Assembly (NCBI RefSeq): GCF_001194135.2
Contig: NC_068983.1
Span: forward strand, 85,928,079-85,992,078
Source: Octopus bimaculoides
Lineage: Eukaryota
DNA: 64,000 nt
Direction: 5' to 3'
Shown here piece by piece: positions 26,393 to 39,426 of the stretch. Position 1 is the stretch's first letter. Each line of letters opens with the position of its first letter. The notes beneath the pieces are model-generated. The model was given only the letters and a program-made list of their open reading frames with translations, made no database searches and was not told where the DNA came from. The position numbers and the translations under genes were made by a program.

Positions 26393-27830
26393 CATCATCA
26401 CCGTTTAACATCTCTTTTCCATGCTGGCATGGGCTGGATGGTTTGACTGAGGTCTGGAGAGCCAGCGGCTACACCAGGCTATAATCTGATCTGGCAATGT
26501 TCCTACAGCTGGATGTCCTTCCTAACGCCAACCACTCCAAGAGTGTAGTGGATGCTTTTTAAGTGCCACCAGCACAGGAGCCAGTCAAGCAGGTGTGGCA
26601 TTGATCATGTTTAGACAATGCTTTTTACGTGCTACCGGCACAGGAGCCAGTCAGGGGCTACTGGCATCAGCGATGTTTGAGTGGTGCTTTTTATGTGCCA
26701 CCAGCACGGGAGCCAGTCAGAGGACACTGGCACTGACCACGTTTAGATGATGCATTTTATGTGCCACCGGAATGGGAGCCAGTCAGGGGGTACTGGCCAC
26801 AGCTACGATTTTGGTGTTTGGTTCTTTAGCTTCCAAATCCATTTTTTTGTGGATTGGTCTGCTTCTTGGCATCCTTATGACCTCAAGTCTGAAATTATTA
26901 ATAACTAGTCTATGCTGGGGGGTACAGTCTTCACCCAGGAGGGTCTTTGTATTTAAGAGCAACCCTGCATCCCACTGTCTGGTGAGGATGAAATCAATCT
27001 GGCTAGCAGAGTCGCCTGATTGATAGGTTATCAGGTGGCTGTCTGGCTTCCTGAAGTTAGTGTTGCAGATTAATAAGTTGCATGCATCACAGAATTCCAG
27101 TAGCCTAGTTCCCTCTACGTTTTGGGAACCAATTCCATGGCCCCCATGAACACCACGGAAGATAACGGATTGCCATCTGACATGCTCATTAAAATCTCCA
27201 GCCACAAAGATGAGATCATTGCCATTTGTCTTTGAGGTGTCCTGTAGAAGGGTGTCATAACAGTGGTCCTTCTGATCGTTTGGCAAGCCCACTTGTGGGG
27301 TGTACGCAGAGATAATTGTAGCTATACTATTCTGCAGGACTAGCCTGAGCTTAAGCACTCTATCACATACCCTGACTACCCTTATGACCTTATCCACCCA
27401 TTTCTCTTCAAGGAGTATGCCTACACCTCCTATTCCATCACTGTTACCTTCCCAGAAGATTTTATACCTATGTGCCTTGCCTGTGAGGACCCTGGCTGAA
27501 GCTCCTCTCCACCTTACCTCTTGTATGCAGCATACATCAACATGTCTCTGTTCAAGCATCCCTACAATCTCATTCGACCTACCTTTCAGTGTACCTACAT
27601 TAACAGTGCCAACTCTAAAAACAGGGAAAGGAATGTGGGAGAAAGCATGGGGAGGGGAGATGTTATTCAGTGCCTGAAAAGAAGGCTTTTGTGTTTGTTT
27701 CATAGACATGCTACACCTGTTCTCACTTTCGACCTGTCATCATTGAAACATTCAAGCGTGTTAAGATTGTTGCCCCTACTGGGGGTAGGAGTAGGTGTTA
27801 GTGGCGTTGTAAGTATAAGTATTATGGGCA
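26393..27830 (-). mobile_element. RTE-clade LINE derivative: APE endonuclease ORF joined directly to the 3' UTR and (GAT)n tail; RT absent
   Basis: ORF 26783-27709 has GTVNVGTL, DVCCIQEVRW, GVGILL, AYTPQ, AGDFN, SQIDFIL and QHRLV endonuclease motifs. It is followed by four ~66-bp tandem units and the family's conserved tail. Confidence 0.88.
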
Positions 27831-27897
27831 TTGTAAAAATGTAAATTTAAGCATTACTAGAGTTACAAATACATGTAAGTAAATCAATAAAGATAAA

Positions 27898-28008
27898 GGA
27901 GAAGAAGAAGAGAGAGGAGAAGAAGAAGAGAGAGGAGAAGAAGAAGAGAGAGGAGAAGAAGAAGAGAGAGGAGAAGAAGAAGAGAGAGAAGAAGAGAGAG
28001 GAGAAGAA
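27898..28008. repeat. Purine minisatellite (GAGAAGAAGAAGAGAGAG)n, 18-bp unit
   Basis: Direct reading. Confidence 0.9.
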
Positions 28009-28509
28009 TATGAATATCAATATGCCAATGTTAGATTAAGTAGGTGGGCAGCTAAACTAGTTGCATTGTCCTGGGAGAAACAGAGGGAGAGAAAATTGCA
28101 GGTTTCCGGTGAGAGAAGAGACATATCTGGTAATGGTGGTGGGAGAAGAGAGAGAGATATCAGGTGTTGGTGGAGGGAGAAGAGACAGAGATATCTGGTA
28201 TTGATGGTGGGAATGGGCGGATGCACTGCAGACAAGCAAGGGTTAATTTAAATAGATGGTACAAAAAATAAGTAGCCAATTTGAGCACACAGGAAGGAAG
28301 AAGATGATTCCATTTAGAAAATTACATGAACAATTAAGGAGGAATGAAGGCTGAGAGAGATTTAAGAATTTAAATAATTAACTTACGAAAGTAGATACTA
28401 GTATATAAATAATAAATAAATAAATGTAAATAATAGTACATATTAAGTGCTAATGGCGAATGGATGAGTGAAAAGATCGAAAGAGGAGAGAATATCTTAG
28501 CAATGCATA

Positions 28510-28928
28510 ACTGGGCATCTGTCACATAACTGGTACCTGTGCTGGTGGCATGTATAAAGCGCCTTTCGAGTGTTGGTCCTCATGGAGGCAATGTGGCTGA
28601 TGCCAGTGTCACGTAATTAGCACCTGTGCCAGTAGCTGTAAAAAGTACCTTTCAAGCATTGGGCCTCACAGAAGCAATGACAAATGACTGAGACCTTTGG
28701 CAATATGTTGTGCTTCAGAAGAAGAGCCACCAAGTCAAGTGAAATCATAGTCGTGGCAGATACTGGTGTTATGCAACTGGTATGTAAAAGCATCCATTGC
28801 ACTCTTGGAGCGGTTGGCGTTAGGAAGGGCATCAAGCAGAGTCTGGTGCAGCCCCTCAGCTTACCAGCTCTGGTCAAACCGTCCAACCCATGCCAGCATG
28901 GACAACAAAACATAAAATGATGATGATT
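28510..28928 (+). mobile_element. RTE 3' fragment
   Basis: Same conserved tail and 3' UTR. Confidence 0.75.
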
Positions 28929-29867
28929 ACATATATACACATGCACTTTGTCTGTTACAATGATGAAGGCCCCTGTTGGTCTGTCAATGGAACAGCCTGC
29001 TCATGAAATCAATGTGCACTCCACAGACATGGACAAAGCTAGCCCTTTGAAATACAGGTACTATTTATTTTTGCAAGCTGAGTGGACAGGAGCAACATGA
29101 AATAAAGTGTCATGCTCAAGAACACATGCTGCTGGGAATTGAACTCATGACCTTATGAATGTAAGCCGAATACCCTAACCACCAAGCCATGTGCCTTCAC
29201 ACACACATAGAAATAGAGATGTGTATAAATGAGGGGCTTCCTTCAGTTTTCATTTACCAGATCTACCAACAAAGCTTCGGTCACTAGAAGACACTTACAT
29301 AAGGTGCCACGCAGTGGGACTGAACCTAAACCATGTGGTTGGCAAGCAAACATCTTACCACATTCCTGTGCTTACACACACACACACTTATAAATATTCA
29401 TGTAGAAAATTGGGGTATAAACATCAAAGAATAAAAACCACAGTAATTAAGAGCTCAAATAACTGGCTGTTAAACCCTAATATAGTTATGTATCACAATT
29501 ATTTAATTATACATTTTTCTGCTAGATTAAGTATGATATAAAGGTAAATAACAATAAGTATAGCCACTAATACTAACTACTATGCTATACATTAGATAAC
29601 GTAGCCCTAGATACACTTTGTCTGAATATAAGGTGGAATGCTCACAGCTGGATCATAGGTGTATCTGGATTAGGACTGACCTGTGGCTAAACAACAAAAG
29701 CAACTAATACTAATTATGATACTATACATTAAATAATCTAGTCCTGGATGCACTATATCTGAATAAAAGGTCAAATGATAATCACTAACCCCAAGGTTTT
29801 CTAATTTTTTATTATTTTCAAAAGGAATTAAAACAATGTGTTTTATTTGGTGTTAATACACTAACAA

Positions 29868-30000
29868 ATTCTGCCAAGGTCGACTCCACCTTTCATCATT
29901 TTGGGGTTGATAAAATAAGTACCAGTGAAGTACTGGGGCTGATGCAATTGACTTACCCCCCTCTCCCAAAATTGCTGGCCCTCTGCCAAGATTTGAAACC
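29868..30000 (+). mobile_element. SINE family B, 3' part
   Basis: Core and tail homology. Confidence 0.7.
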
Positions 30001-30804
30001 TACATACAGTGACTTACACTTTTATTCTAAAGTGAATTTCAAGAACTGTTAGTTATTTATATCTTGCAGCTTTATGTATCATACTGCACTATTTCAGTAG
30101 CATGTTATCCACTGTTTAGTTGGCACTGTGCTCCAACCACAAAACCTGCCAGAAGCAAGCGGTAGGCTGTTGCTTAAGAAAACTTCTAAGTGTTTAATCA
30201 TAGCCTTACTCACTTCACATAATGTTGTACAGAAGACAATCTCAGCTTCTTCACCCTCTTCCTCGTTATTATTCTTATAATATTGCTTACATTGAGTTCC
30301 CAAATCAACAATTTATGTGTGTAGCTACTGTTTAGCCCCAAAATAGCACAGAAATCAGTTATAGTCAAAGGCATTCCAGCCATGACTATTCAGAATTTTA
30401 ATTTTTTTTTCAGACCATTGTATATTCATGACTGTATATCAGTCATTATCCAGTGTCCTCTCACAGGGAAAGGAGAGTGGATTTAGCTGTTATTTCTAAC
30501 AGGTCAAACAAGCACAATGAAACTCCTTTGGAAGAATGATATTTCAAACCAAAAGAACATATGACTGCTCATTAATATTGATTAATATGCAATATTTTGT
30601 TATGTTTCTTTTATGTTCAAAATTCAAATCCCAACTGAAGACTAAAAGAATGCACATGTTTTGTATTTGTTGAATTTTGAGATGGTGATTCTACCATTAA
30701 TGACACACACACACACACTGATTGTGGTACACTTCTTTATGAATTAAATGATTTGTTAAAGTCTTTCACTAATATCTGTAGCTTTCTCTGAGAATCTGGT
30801 ATTA

Positions 30805-32090
30805 TATATTGCAGTAAAAAAGGGAGACCCAGGAAGACATGGGATGACCTGTCGAAGGCCGACCTCAAGACGCTAAGCCTTACAAAGGAGATGACAGAAG
30901 ACTGAGATACATGGTGCATTGCTGTATTTGAGGATCTGCCCACGACAACAAAATTGAGATCCTAAAACCAAGGTGCCATGTAAAAATGCACTGGTGATGG
31001 TACCATGTAAAAAAGCATGCAGTACACTGTAAAGTGATTGGCATTAGGAAGGGCATCCAGCCATAAAAACCATGTCAAATCTAACTATGGAACCAGGTAT
31101 AGCCCCTGGTCTTGCCAGTTCCTGTCAAGCTGTCCAACCCAAGCTAGCATGGAAAATGGACTTTAATGTTGGTGATGGTGGCAGTAGGTTCATGTGTACG
31201 CTTGTCAGTGTGCTCTTGTTCAGTATGTGTGGAACTGTTAATTAGACAGGCAACAGGAAGGGCAGCTGTTGAAAATCTGCTTCAACAAATTCTGTCTGAC
31301 CCATGCAAGCGTGGAAAAGTAGACAGTAAATAACAGTGATGATCTATTTTTAAGGTGGTGAAGATGCATGTGTGCTTTTTTCAAATGGATAAAAGGCAAA
31401 AGTGACATTGGTTAACTCAGAATGTCAAGAACCGGAATGTATATGGCAAGGCATTCATTCTATATGATGGAAACCTCTATAATTCTATCAGGGGTTGACA
31501 TCTTTACCACCATTTTCATTCTTTTCCAACAAATGTATCTATGCATTCCCCTGTAGCAAGGCACTTTCTTTCCTTCCATTATACATTAACTTACCACCTA
31601 GCATAAAGCCAGCTCCCTTAGTTGAAGGCCTTGTCTTGCAAGTTACTTGGTAACCTCAATGGTGCCAGTGCCAGATGAAAAACACCCAGTACACTCTGTA
31701 AAGTGGTTGGCATAAAGAAGGACATCCAGCTATAAAAACAAGGCCAAAGCAGATACTGGAGTTTGGTGCAGTCCTCTGGCTTGCCAGCTCTTGTTGAACC
31801 ATCCAACCCATGTCAGCAGAGAAAATGGATTTTAAGTGGGGATGTGATAATAATCACGTACAAGAGACCTCTATCAGCTGGCAAGTTCTGCACAAATCTT
31901 TTCAGGTACTGACAACAGCTTCCCAATTGACTTCCCACTTCCTTCCAAGTCCAACACAATCAATGAAAAGGACCAGTGAGGTTATTGAAATGCTGAAGTG
32001 GAAGCATGTAGATGTGTGCTGAGTGCAAGAGGTAAGAAGGAGGGAAGCTTCAGCTAGGTTCCTGACATGCAAAAAACAATAAAACACAGT
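30805..32090 (+). mobile_element. RTE fragments: 3' ends at about 30805-31180 and 31660-31850; endonuclease N-terminal remnant at about 31960-32090
   Basis: Tail motifs, plus EVIEMLKWKHVDVC*VQEVR similar to the endonuclease at 26783-27709. Confidence 0.65.
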
Positions 32091-32957
32091 TACAAATACT
32101 TTTGGGTAGGCATACTTTTGGCAAAAAAAATGGGTTGATAGACTAATTGTGGCAGAGTGTGTGATAGGATAGTTAAGCTGAGATTAATCTTAGATAAATC
32201 AACAGTAAAAATAACGCCCTAGTACATGTTAGGCCCTGCTCCTTCATTCATTCTGCTCCATCAAGCATTCTCCACACCTTATTTCCCTTACACCCAGCCC
32301 TCCATCACTCATCTATTAATGGCACTACTTGGTTGCTGAGACAATCAACACATATTATTCCCCTGCCCATTCTATGTGCTATCAATCTCCCAGCCCTGAA
32401 CTACTGCCATCCCTCGTTCTCATTATTCTTCCTTCTCTTCCCACACTATTTACACCTATCACCTCTTTTCTGTGGCTTCAGCACTCTCTCTGCTACACTC
32501 CAATTTATATATCTATCATTCTCAATGCCCTTCCATATCTACCATCACCCCACCCCCACTCACTGTAACGACCTTTATGTACTTCATCTCTCTCCTCACC
32601 ACTCATATATCTTGCACATCATCTCCCTACCTTCTGATCTAACCTCCTACCTGAGCCATTTCTATCTTTTACCCCCGTTCCCCTCTCTGCATATTGGTAT
32701 TTCCCATCTACCTCACCTCCACACTTATTAACCTCTACCCCACCTCCACCATTTGTTACTCTCCCCTTCACACCTTTCCAAAACTACTACCACCACCGAC
32801 TCACTGCCTGTATCCCCTTTTATGCTTACCTTGTAACTTGAGAGTTCGCTCTTGCACCCCACCACTACCATCTTTAACTTCTTTCCAGCTACTCCTATGA
32901 TGATACACAGACACACACATGAACACAAATGAATGCATGGAGGGCTAGAGTTTAGAT

Positions 32958-33206
32958 CAGTGGTTCCCAAACTTTTTCAGGCTGCTGCCCCCTTGATACT
33001 CAAGCCACATTCCTAGACCACTTTCTGCAGTAAATTCAAAACAAATGCATTTCACAAATAAAACTTAATCCATTATTTTAGGTATTCTTTTTAACATCCA
33101 TTGCCCCCCTTTTGGCACCCCATTATTGCCCCACTTATCTTCAACACCCCCATGGATATTTCCACCATCCTCATGAGGACAGTACTGCCCACTTTGGGAA
33201 CCATCA
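32958..33206. mobile_element. hAT MITE
   Basis: TIR cagtggttcccaaa / tttgggaacca; perfect 8-bp TSD GTTTAGAT (32950-32957 and 33207-33214). Confidence 0.85.
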
Positions 33207-33272
33207 GTTTAGATCCTTCAACAGACACAGTGCTGTGTCTTTAGAAATAACAATAACTTGGTTGACAGCGAC

Positions 33273-33600
33273 AGTCGTCGTCGTTTAACGTCCGCTTTCC
33301 ATGCTAGCATGGGTTGGACGATTTGACTGAGGACTGGTGAAACCAGATGGCTACACCAGGCTCCAATCTGATTTGGCAGTGTTTCTATAGCTGGATGCCC
33401 TTCCTAACGCCAACCACTCAGAGAGTGTAGTGGGTGCTTTTACGTGTCACCCGCACGAAGGCCAGTAAGGCGGTACTGGCAACGGCCATGCTCATCTCGC
33501 TCGAGAAACCTCATGTGTCACCCGCACAAGAGCCAGTCCAGGGGCACCAGCAACGATCCCGCTCGAAAAACCTCATGTGTCACCCGCACAAGAGCCGGCC
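33273..33600 (-). mobile_element. Young RTE 3' fragment with tandem UTR units
   Basis: cgtttaacgtccgctttccatgctagcatgggttggacg; CpGs retained. Confidence 0.8.
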
Positions 33601-33677
33601 CAGGTGTTAGTAAAGATCCAACACTTGTTTCAAAAACAAAAGAAAAAGATGAAAACTAAGATAAATGCCGTACTTAC

Positions 33678-33753
33678 TGGTCACCAAACAACTGATGTGT
33701 CATATCAGGTCTGAAAGTAATGTCTTCATTTTCTACATCTTTTTTGTTTCGCA
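33678..33753 (-). CDS. HAT1: HAT1 coding exon 3, 76 nt: (V)RNKKDVENEDITFRPDMTHQLFGD(H)
   Basis: Acceptor cttgattttag, donor gtaagt. Contains the F.P.xTHQLFGD motif of the Hat1 N-terminal domain. Confidence 0.96.
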
Positions 33754-34124
33754 CTAAAATCAAGAAAAAGATATCATAAATAGATATACAGGCTTCACTT
33801 CTTGGTATTTGTATGTATGTGTGTCACAAGAATTCTGCTGGAATAAAAATAAATGTAGAAAGGAAATTGTTGTGTCGACACCTCCAGGCGAAGAAGTAGG
33901 ATCTTCCAAGACATATAAATAGAGGTAGTCTGGCCGTGGTAGTGTGTTGGGTAGCAGTTGTATAGTGGTTGAGTAGAGATCATCCGAAGGTGCTAGATAG
34001 CAGTAGCGTTGAGACATAACAGAAATATGATGGAATAATTAAATAGTTGAATATAATAGCATCAATTCTCACTCCTGATACTGTCATATTCTCTTTCTCA
34101 CACACTTCTATATTAATTGTGAAC

Positions 34125-34440
34125 ACAGGTATAGCTGTGTGGTAAGTGGTCTGCTTCTCAACCACTTGGTTTCAGGTTCAGTCTCACTGTGTGGCACCTT
34201 GGACAAGTACCTTCTACAATAGTTCTATGTCAATCAAAACCTTATGAGTGGATTTGGACAACTAAAAAAAAAAAAAAAACCCCAAAAAATCCCTCACCAT
34301 ATGTATGTGTGTGTTTCCCTCCAACACTGCTTCACAGCCATTGTTAGTTTGTTTATGTCCCCTAACTTAGTGGTTTGGCAAAAGAAGCTAGTAGAAAAAG
34401 TACCAAACTTGAAAAAAGGATATGTATTGGGGTTGATTTG
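34125..34440 (+). mobile_element. SINE family A, degenerate
   Basis: Head and body homology. Confidence 0.65.
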
Positions 34441-34480
34441 NNNNNNNNNNTTTACATCCATTGCCCCCTTTATTGCCAAC

Positions 34481-34760
34481 GGGCATGTAGCATAGTGGTT
34501 AAGAATGCAGGCTACTAACTCCAAGATTCTGAGTTCAATTCCAGGCAGTGCCTTGAATGAATAAATAACAACAACATCATAAAATACCTTGGGAATGAGA
34601 ACCCAGGGTTGGGTTCAAAATTCCACCAGCAAACCTGATGAAGGCTGGAGAGTAAATCAGCCGAAACGTTGTGGTAAAAACAAACAAGATAAGGACACAT
34701 ATCCATCCAATGTAAATAATGTACAAAATTCCTCATCTCAAAAATACAGAACAGTATAAG
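34481..34760 (+). mobile_element. tRNA-headed short element containing a hammerhead ribozyme motif (SINE/retrozyme chimera)
   Basis: A box TAGCATAGTGG and B box GAGTTCAATTCC (34531-34542). Then CUGAUGA-A-GGCUG(loop)CAGCC-GAAAC-GUU at 34635-34670. Confidence 0.65.
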
Positions 34761-35780
34761 TTATACTGGCTAAGTAATAAATGGTGTACTTGGAAATGTT
34801 TTTCCAGATTTATCTATATGCTATATAAAAGTAAACAGAATCTATGAGTGTAGCTGTATAAATAAGTGACCTTCATATTATGAAGGTCAAATATATATAA
34901 GATGGAGACAATGTATTGCTTAGGTCAATGTAAAGGGAACTTTTTAAAAACCAGTAGAGATAGCCAGACATTATCTCATCATCATCATTTGGTATCTGCT
35001 TTCCATGCTGGCATGGGTTAGATGGCTTGACTGGAGCTGGTGAGCTAGAGAACTGCACCAGGCTCCAGTCAGTTTTGGCAATCTGGCAAGTTCACATCAG
35101 GAAAAACCTGTTTGACACAGGGTTAAGTATGAAATCAAATGGTTAAAAAGAGAAAATACAAGTTTTAATGTAGTAGCTCTTAAAGGAGTTTCTATTAACA
35201 AAGTCCATAGTCTATAAACAGATTAGATATAATTATTAAATACATACAATATTTTATATAATACACTTACATTTTAATTCAAAGAAAGAAAAAGGTCACT
35301 GAATAATCTTTACATATTATAACAATTTCTTTGTGCATCCAGTCACAATGCTTATGAAAGCAATCAATGATGCAAAATGCAAGCACATAAAATACCTTTT
35401 TAGGTAAACTAAATGCTGCATGCAGTTACTTCCCTTCAATAACGTGAAGTTATTAAATTATTTTCATATTTCCGAACAAACAGTTGAAATAGCAACCAAA
35501 TTACCTTAGACTACACCTGTATTACAAAGGGAAAGGACATAATGCAACATAGTTATTGATAGAGAAAAAAAGAGAGCATAATCACACTCTGATAATATAT
35601 CAACTTAGGGTTAAACAACAATAACTTAAATTCTCAGGACAGCAGAATGGTCCAGACCTAGAATACTTATCATACTGTACCTCTACGCTTAGAAATTTAT
35701 TGAAAACACTTGAACATGTTTATCTAACAACAACATCAACAGCAGAAAGATTTAACAAATTTAGAAGAATTTATACTCAC

Positions 35781-35858
35781 CAAGCTTAAAATGAATGACA
35801 TCATTTGAACAGCATTTGTAAGCTTCAAGCTTATTTTTCATTAATCCTGATGGTGCAC
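35781..35858 (-). CDS. HAT1: HAT1 coding exon 2, 78 nt: (G)APSGLMKNKLEAYKCCSNDVIHFKL(V)
   Basis: Acceptor ttttctctttttaaag, donor gtgagt. Matches the HAT1 N-terminal KKLAEYKCNTNTAIELKLV motif; phases are compatible on both sides. Confidence 0.93.
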
Positions 35859-36354
35859 CTTTAAAAAGAGAAAAATGTTATAACAGACAAGTTATTCATT
35901 ACATGCAATCAATATCAGAAGTAAAAAGTAATAAATTTAAGATGATTCTACTCTACCACACTGGCTCCACATGGCTTGGCAGAAAGGTGGGTTTTTTATA
36001 CTCTCACCCAAGAATAGTTAAGTTGATTACATTAACCTCAGTGCGCAACTGGTATTTATTTTATTGACCTCAGCACATAATGATGGATGAAATACCTGGA
36101 GTACTAACAGTTCTGCCAGCTTGCCATCTTAAATAACTATAACGATAATAATAATCATCATCCTTTCTACTAAAGGCACAAGGCCTGAATTTGTTTGGGG
36201 AGGGGACTAGATGATTACATCAACCTCTCTATTTCATGAGTCCCTATAATAATTTTTAAAGGGAAATTAAGTTTTTGCTTATTTATTGTTGTAGTGATAG
36301 AATTGGTTAAATAAGATAGCAGTATGAGGTTTTATCATGGGTCCTGTTGCATAA

Positions 36355-36578
36355 CCCTTTAGCATTTAAACCAGCCATATTAGGCCCAAAATGTTTTGCC
36401 TGTTTTGCGTTCAAACCGACCAGATCTAGTTTCTCACACTTACCCAACAATATTATTCTAAAAATAAGCACTCACATTAAAATCTCAAAGCTACAAGATA
36501 ATGCATGATTAATTCAAAACAATGGGAATTTATAAGCATTACATTTATAAGCATTACATTTAACTGAATGCTAAAGAG
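36355..36578 (+). mobile_element. piggyBac-type MITE copy 3
   Basis: CCCTTTAGCATT...AATGCTAAAGAG|TTAA; small internal duplication. Confidence 0.78.
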
Positions 36579-37522
36579 TTAAGATATTCTCAGATTGCTT
36601 CATACTGTGATGATAATCACTACCAGCAGAATTATGTGAAATCACAAGAGTCCTATACAAATGTATACTCTAACCATCTATTATAAAAAATGGATGAAAC
36701 AATTTAATCAACAACTGTGAAATACATGCTACAGTCAGATACTCTTTCTCTGGCATTAGGAGGGGTATCCAGCTGTAGAAGCCATGCCAAAACAGACAAT
36801 TAGAACCTGAGAAGCTCTTGTCATACCATCCAACCCATGCTACCATACAAAACAGATGTTAAATGGTGAATATGTTCATGACCGTATGCAGTAGTTAGAT
36901 TCAATCAAGTTAATTTTAGCCTTTCTACAGATAACAGGTGATGCAAAGGTTAGTGAAATAAATTGGCTTGCAATGTTTAATTTTGAACCTGTTGTTCATG
37001 AGTTCAAATCAACTGAACTGATCTGCTTTTTATTTCTCTGTGGGTACTCAAAAAAGTCATCATCATCATTTAATGTTTGTTTTTCATGCTGGCACAGGTT
37101 GGATGGTTTAACAGAATCTTACAAGCTGCAAAACTGCATCAGGCCCCAATGTCAGCTTTGGTATGGTTTCTACAGTTGAATGTTCTTCCTAACAGTGGTA
37201 CTGATGGAATGCTGAGGCCAAGCCTTGTAGAATAGATAGAATAACAAGGAAATGAGCAATTAACTTTAAGGTCAAGAACCCAAGCTGCATAACTACAGAC
37301 ATCCTTTTGTTTCACAGGGAATAATGATGTCAGCTTGAGTTGGCCTGGCTGACAGTAAGTTCTGAGCTAAGCTCAAGTTTATAAAGCTTGTGGTTTTGTC
37401 CTTGTATACAAAAAACAATTTCCTCTATGCCAGCATAAAATAATGAATGTAAAACAGTGCATATTATTAAGTTATATCTTTGCATTAGTCACACAATACT
37501 CATATTAGATGAGCTGGTACAC

Positions 37523-37880
37523 ATCATCATCATCGTTTAACGTCCGCTTTCCATGTTAGCATGGGTTGGACGATTTGACTGAGTACTGGTGAACCAGATG
37601 GCTACACCAGGCTCCAATCTGATTTGGCAGATTTTCTACAGCTGGATGCCCTTCCTAACGCTAACCACTCCGAGAGTGTAGTGGGTGCTTTTACGTGCCA
37701 CCAGCACGAAGGCTAGTCATGCGGTACTGGCAAAGGCCACACTCAAAATTGTGTATTTTACGTGCCACCTGCACAGGAGCCAGTCCAGCGGTACTGGCAC
37801 CGATCTTGCTCAAATGTCTTTTCACGTGCCAGGAAAGTGAAGCTGCGGCACAAGTGTCAGGAAAGCGACACTGGTAATGA
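37523..37880 (-). mobile_element. Young RTE 3' fragment
   Basis: Near-identical to 33273-33480. Confidence 0.8.
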
Positions 37881-37914
37881 TCATGCCCGAACGATGGTGC
37901 CAACACCAAACCAA

Positions 37915-38135
37915 ATATTGATTTCAAATTTTGGTACAAGGCCAGCAATTTCAAGGGAGGGGGGTAAGTTGATTACATCAACTAGTGTTCAATTGGTACT
38001 TATTTTATCAGGCCCAAAAGAATGAAAGTCAAAGTTGACCTCGATGGAATTTCAATGCAGATATCATAAAGACAGATGAAATGCTGCTAAGCATTTTGCC
38101 CAGCGTGCTAACGATTCTGCTGGCTTGCTGCCCTA
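37915..38135 (-). mobile_element. SINE family B
   Basis: Reverse-complement head, core and tail. Confidence 0.7.
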
Positions 38136-38189
38136 CAAAGAAACAAATATTAAAATGATGCCAACTGTGAATGATGAATACCTCTTATC

Positions 38190-38945
38190 AAATGTGGTGT
38201 GGCTGTGTGGTAAGAAGTTTGCTTCTGGGTGCAGTCCCATTGTGTGACACCTTGGGCAAGTGGATTTGGTAGATAGAAACCGAAAGAAGCCTGTCATATA
38301 TATTCTTTTCTTTTTTATTTGTTTCAGTCATTTGACTGCAGCCATGCTGGAGCACTGCCTTTAGTCGAACAAATTGACTCCAGGACTTTTTCTTTGTAAG
38401 CCTAGTACTTATCCTATCGGTCTCTATTACTGAACCACTNNNNNNNNNNNNNNNNNNNNNNNNNNNNNNNNNNNNNNNNNNNNNNNNNNNNNNNNNNNNN
38501 NNNNNNNNNNNNNNNNNNNNNNNNNNNNNNNNNNNNNNNNNNNNNNNNNNNNNNNNNNNNNNNNNNNNNNNNNNNNNNNNNNNNNNNNNNNNNNNNNNNN
38601 NNNNNNNNNNNNNNNNNNNNNNNNNNNNNNNNNNNNNNNNNNNNNNNNNNNNNNNNNNNNNNNNNNNNNNNNNNNNNNNNNNNNNNNNNNNNNNNNNNNN
38701 NNNNNNNNNNNNNNNNNNNNNNNNNNNNNNNNNNNNNNNNNNNNNNNNNNNNNNNNNNNNNNNNNNNNNNNNNNNNNNNNNNNNNNNNNNNNNNNNNNNN
38801 NNNNNNNNNNNNNNNNNNNNNNNNNTAAGTGCCAGACTTAGAAAAAAAAATAAAAAGTACTGGGGTTGATTCATTTTACTAAAAATTTCCCAAGGTGGTG
38901 CTCCAGCATGGCCACAGTCTCATGACTGAAACAATTAAAAGACAA
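38190..38945. mobile_element. SINE family A pieces flanking a gap (38190-38440 minus; 38830-38945 plus)
   Basis: Head and tail homology. Confidence 0.65.
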
Positions 38946-39426
38946 AAAGAAAAAAAAAAAAGAACTAGTGCAATACATAGTCAACTGCTTGACATTTTAA
39001 GATCTGAGATGACCATTAATAAATAAAAAGTTTTTTTCTCAGAAAAAATACCTGATACCTATTCAAGCCCCAGTGTGGTTGTGTGCGTAAATTGTTTGCT
39101 TTGCAACCAACTGGCTTTGGGTTCAGTCTTACTGCATGGTACCTTGGGCAAATGTCTTCTGCTATAGCCCAGCACATATCAATGGTTTGTGGGTGAATTT
39201 GGCAGATGGACACTGTAAAAGTGACTTTTGTTTACACCCCAACCCATAACGTAAAAGTTTGACAAAAGGAGGATGACAGATTAAGTACCAGTCTTCAAAC
39301 AAATGAAATAAAAAACATATCAACCCAACTCTTCAATATAATACTCTAGTATTCACCCACATACAAGTGGGTGAATACATGAATGACAGTAGCACTCAAC
39401 ACATTTAATTAGAATTTAATATTTAA

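Noticed and set aside
34481-34552. tRNA-like sequences here and at about 6929, 29195, 56727 and 60968 as tRNA genes
   Set aside because: Cloverleaf stems do not pair fully and each continues into a repeat body; they are SINE heads.
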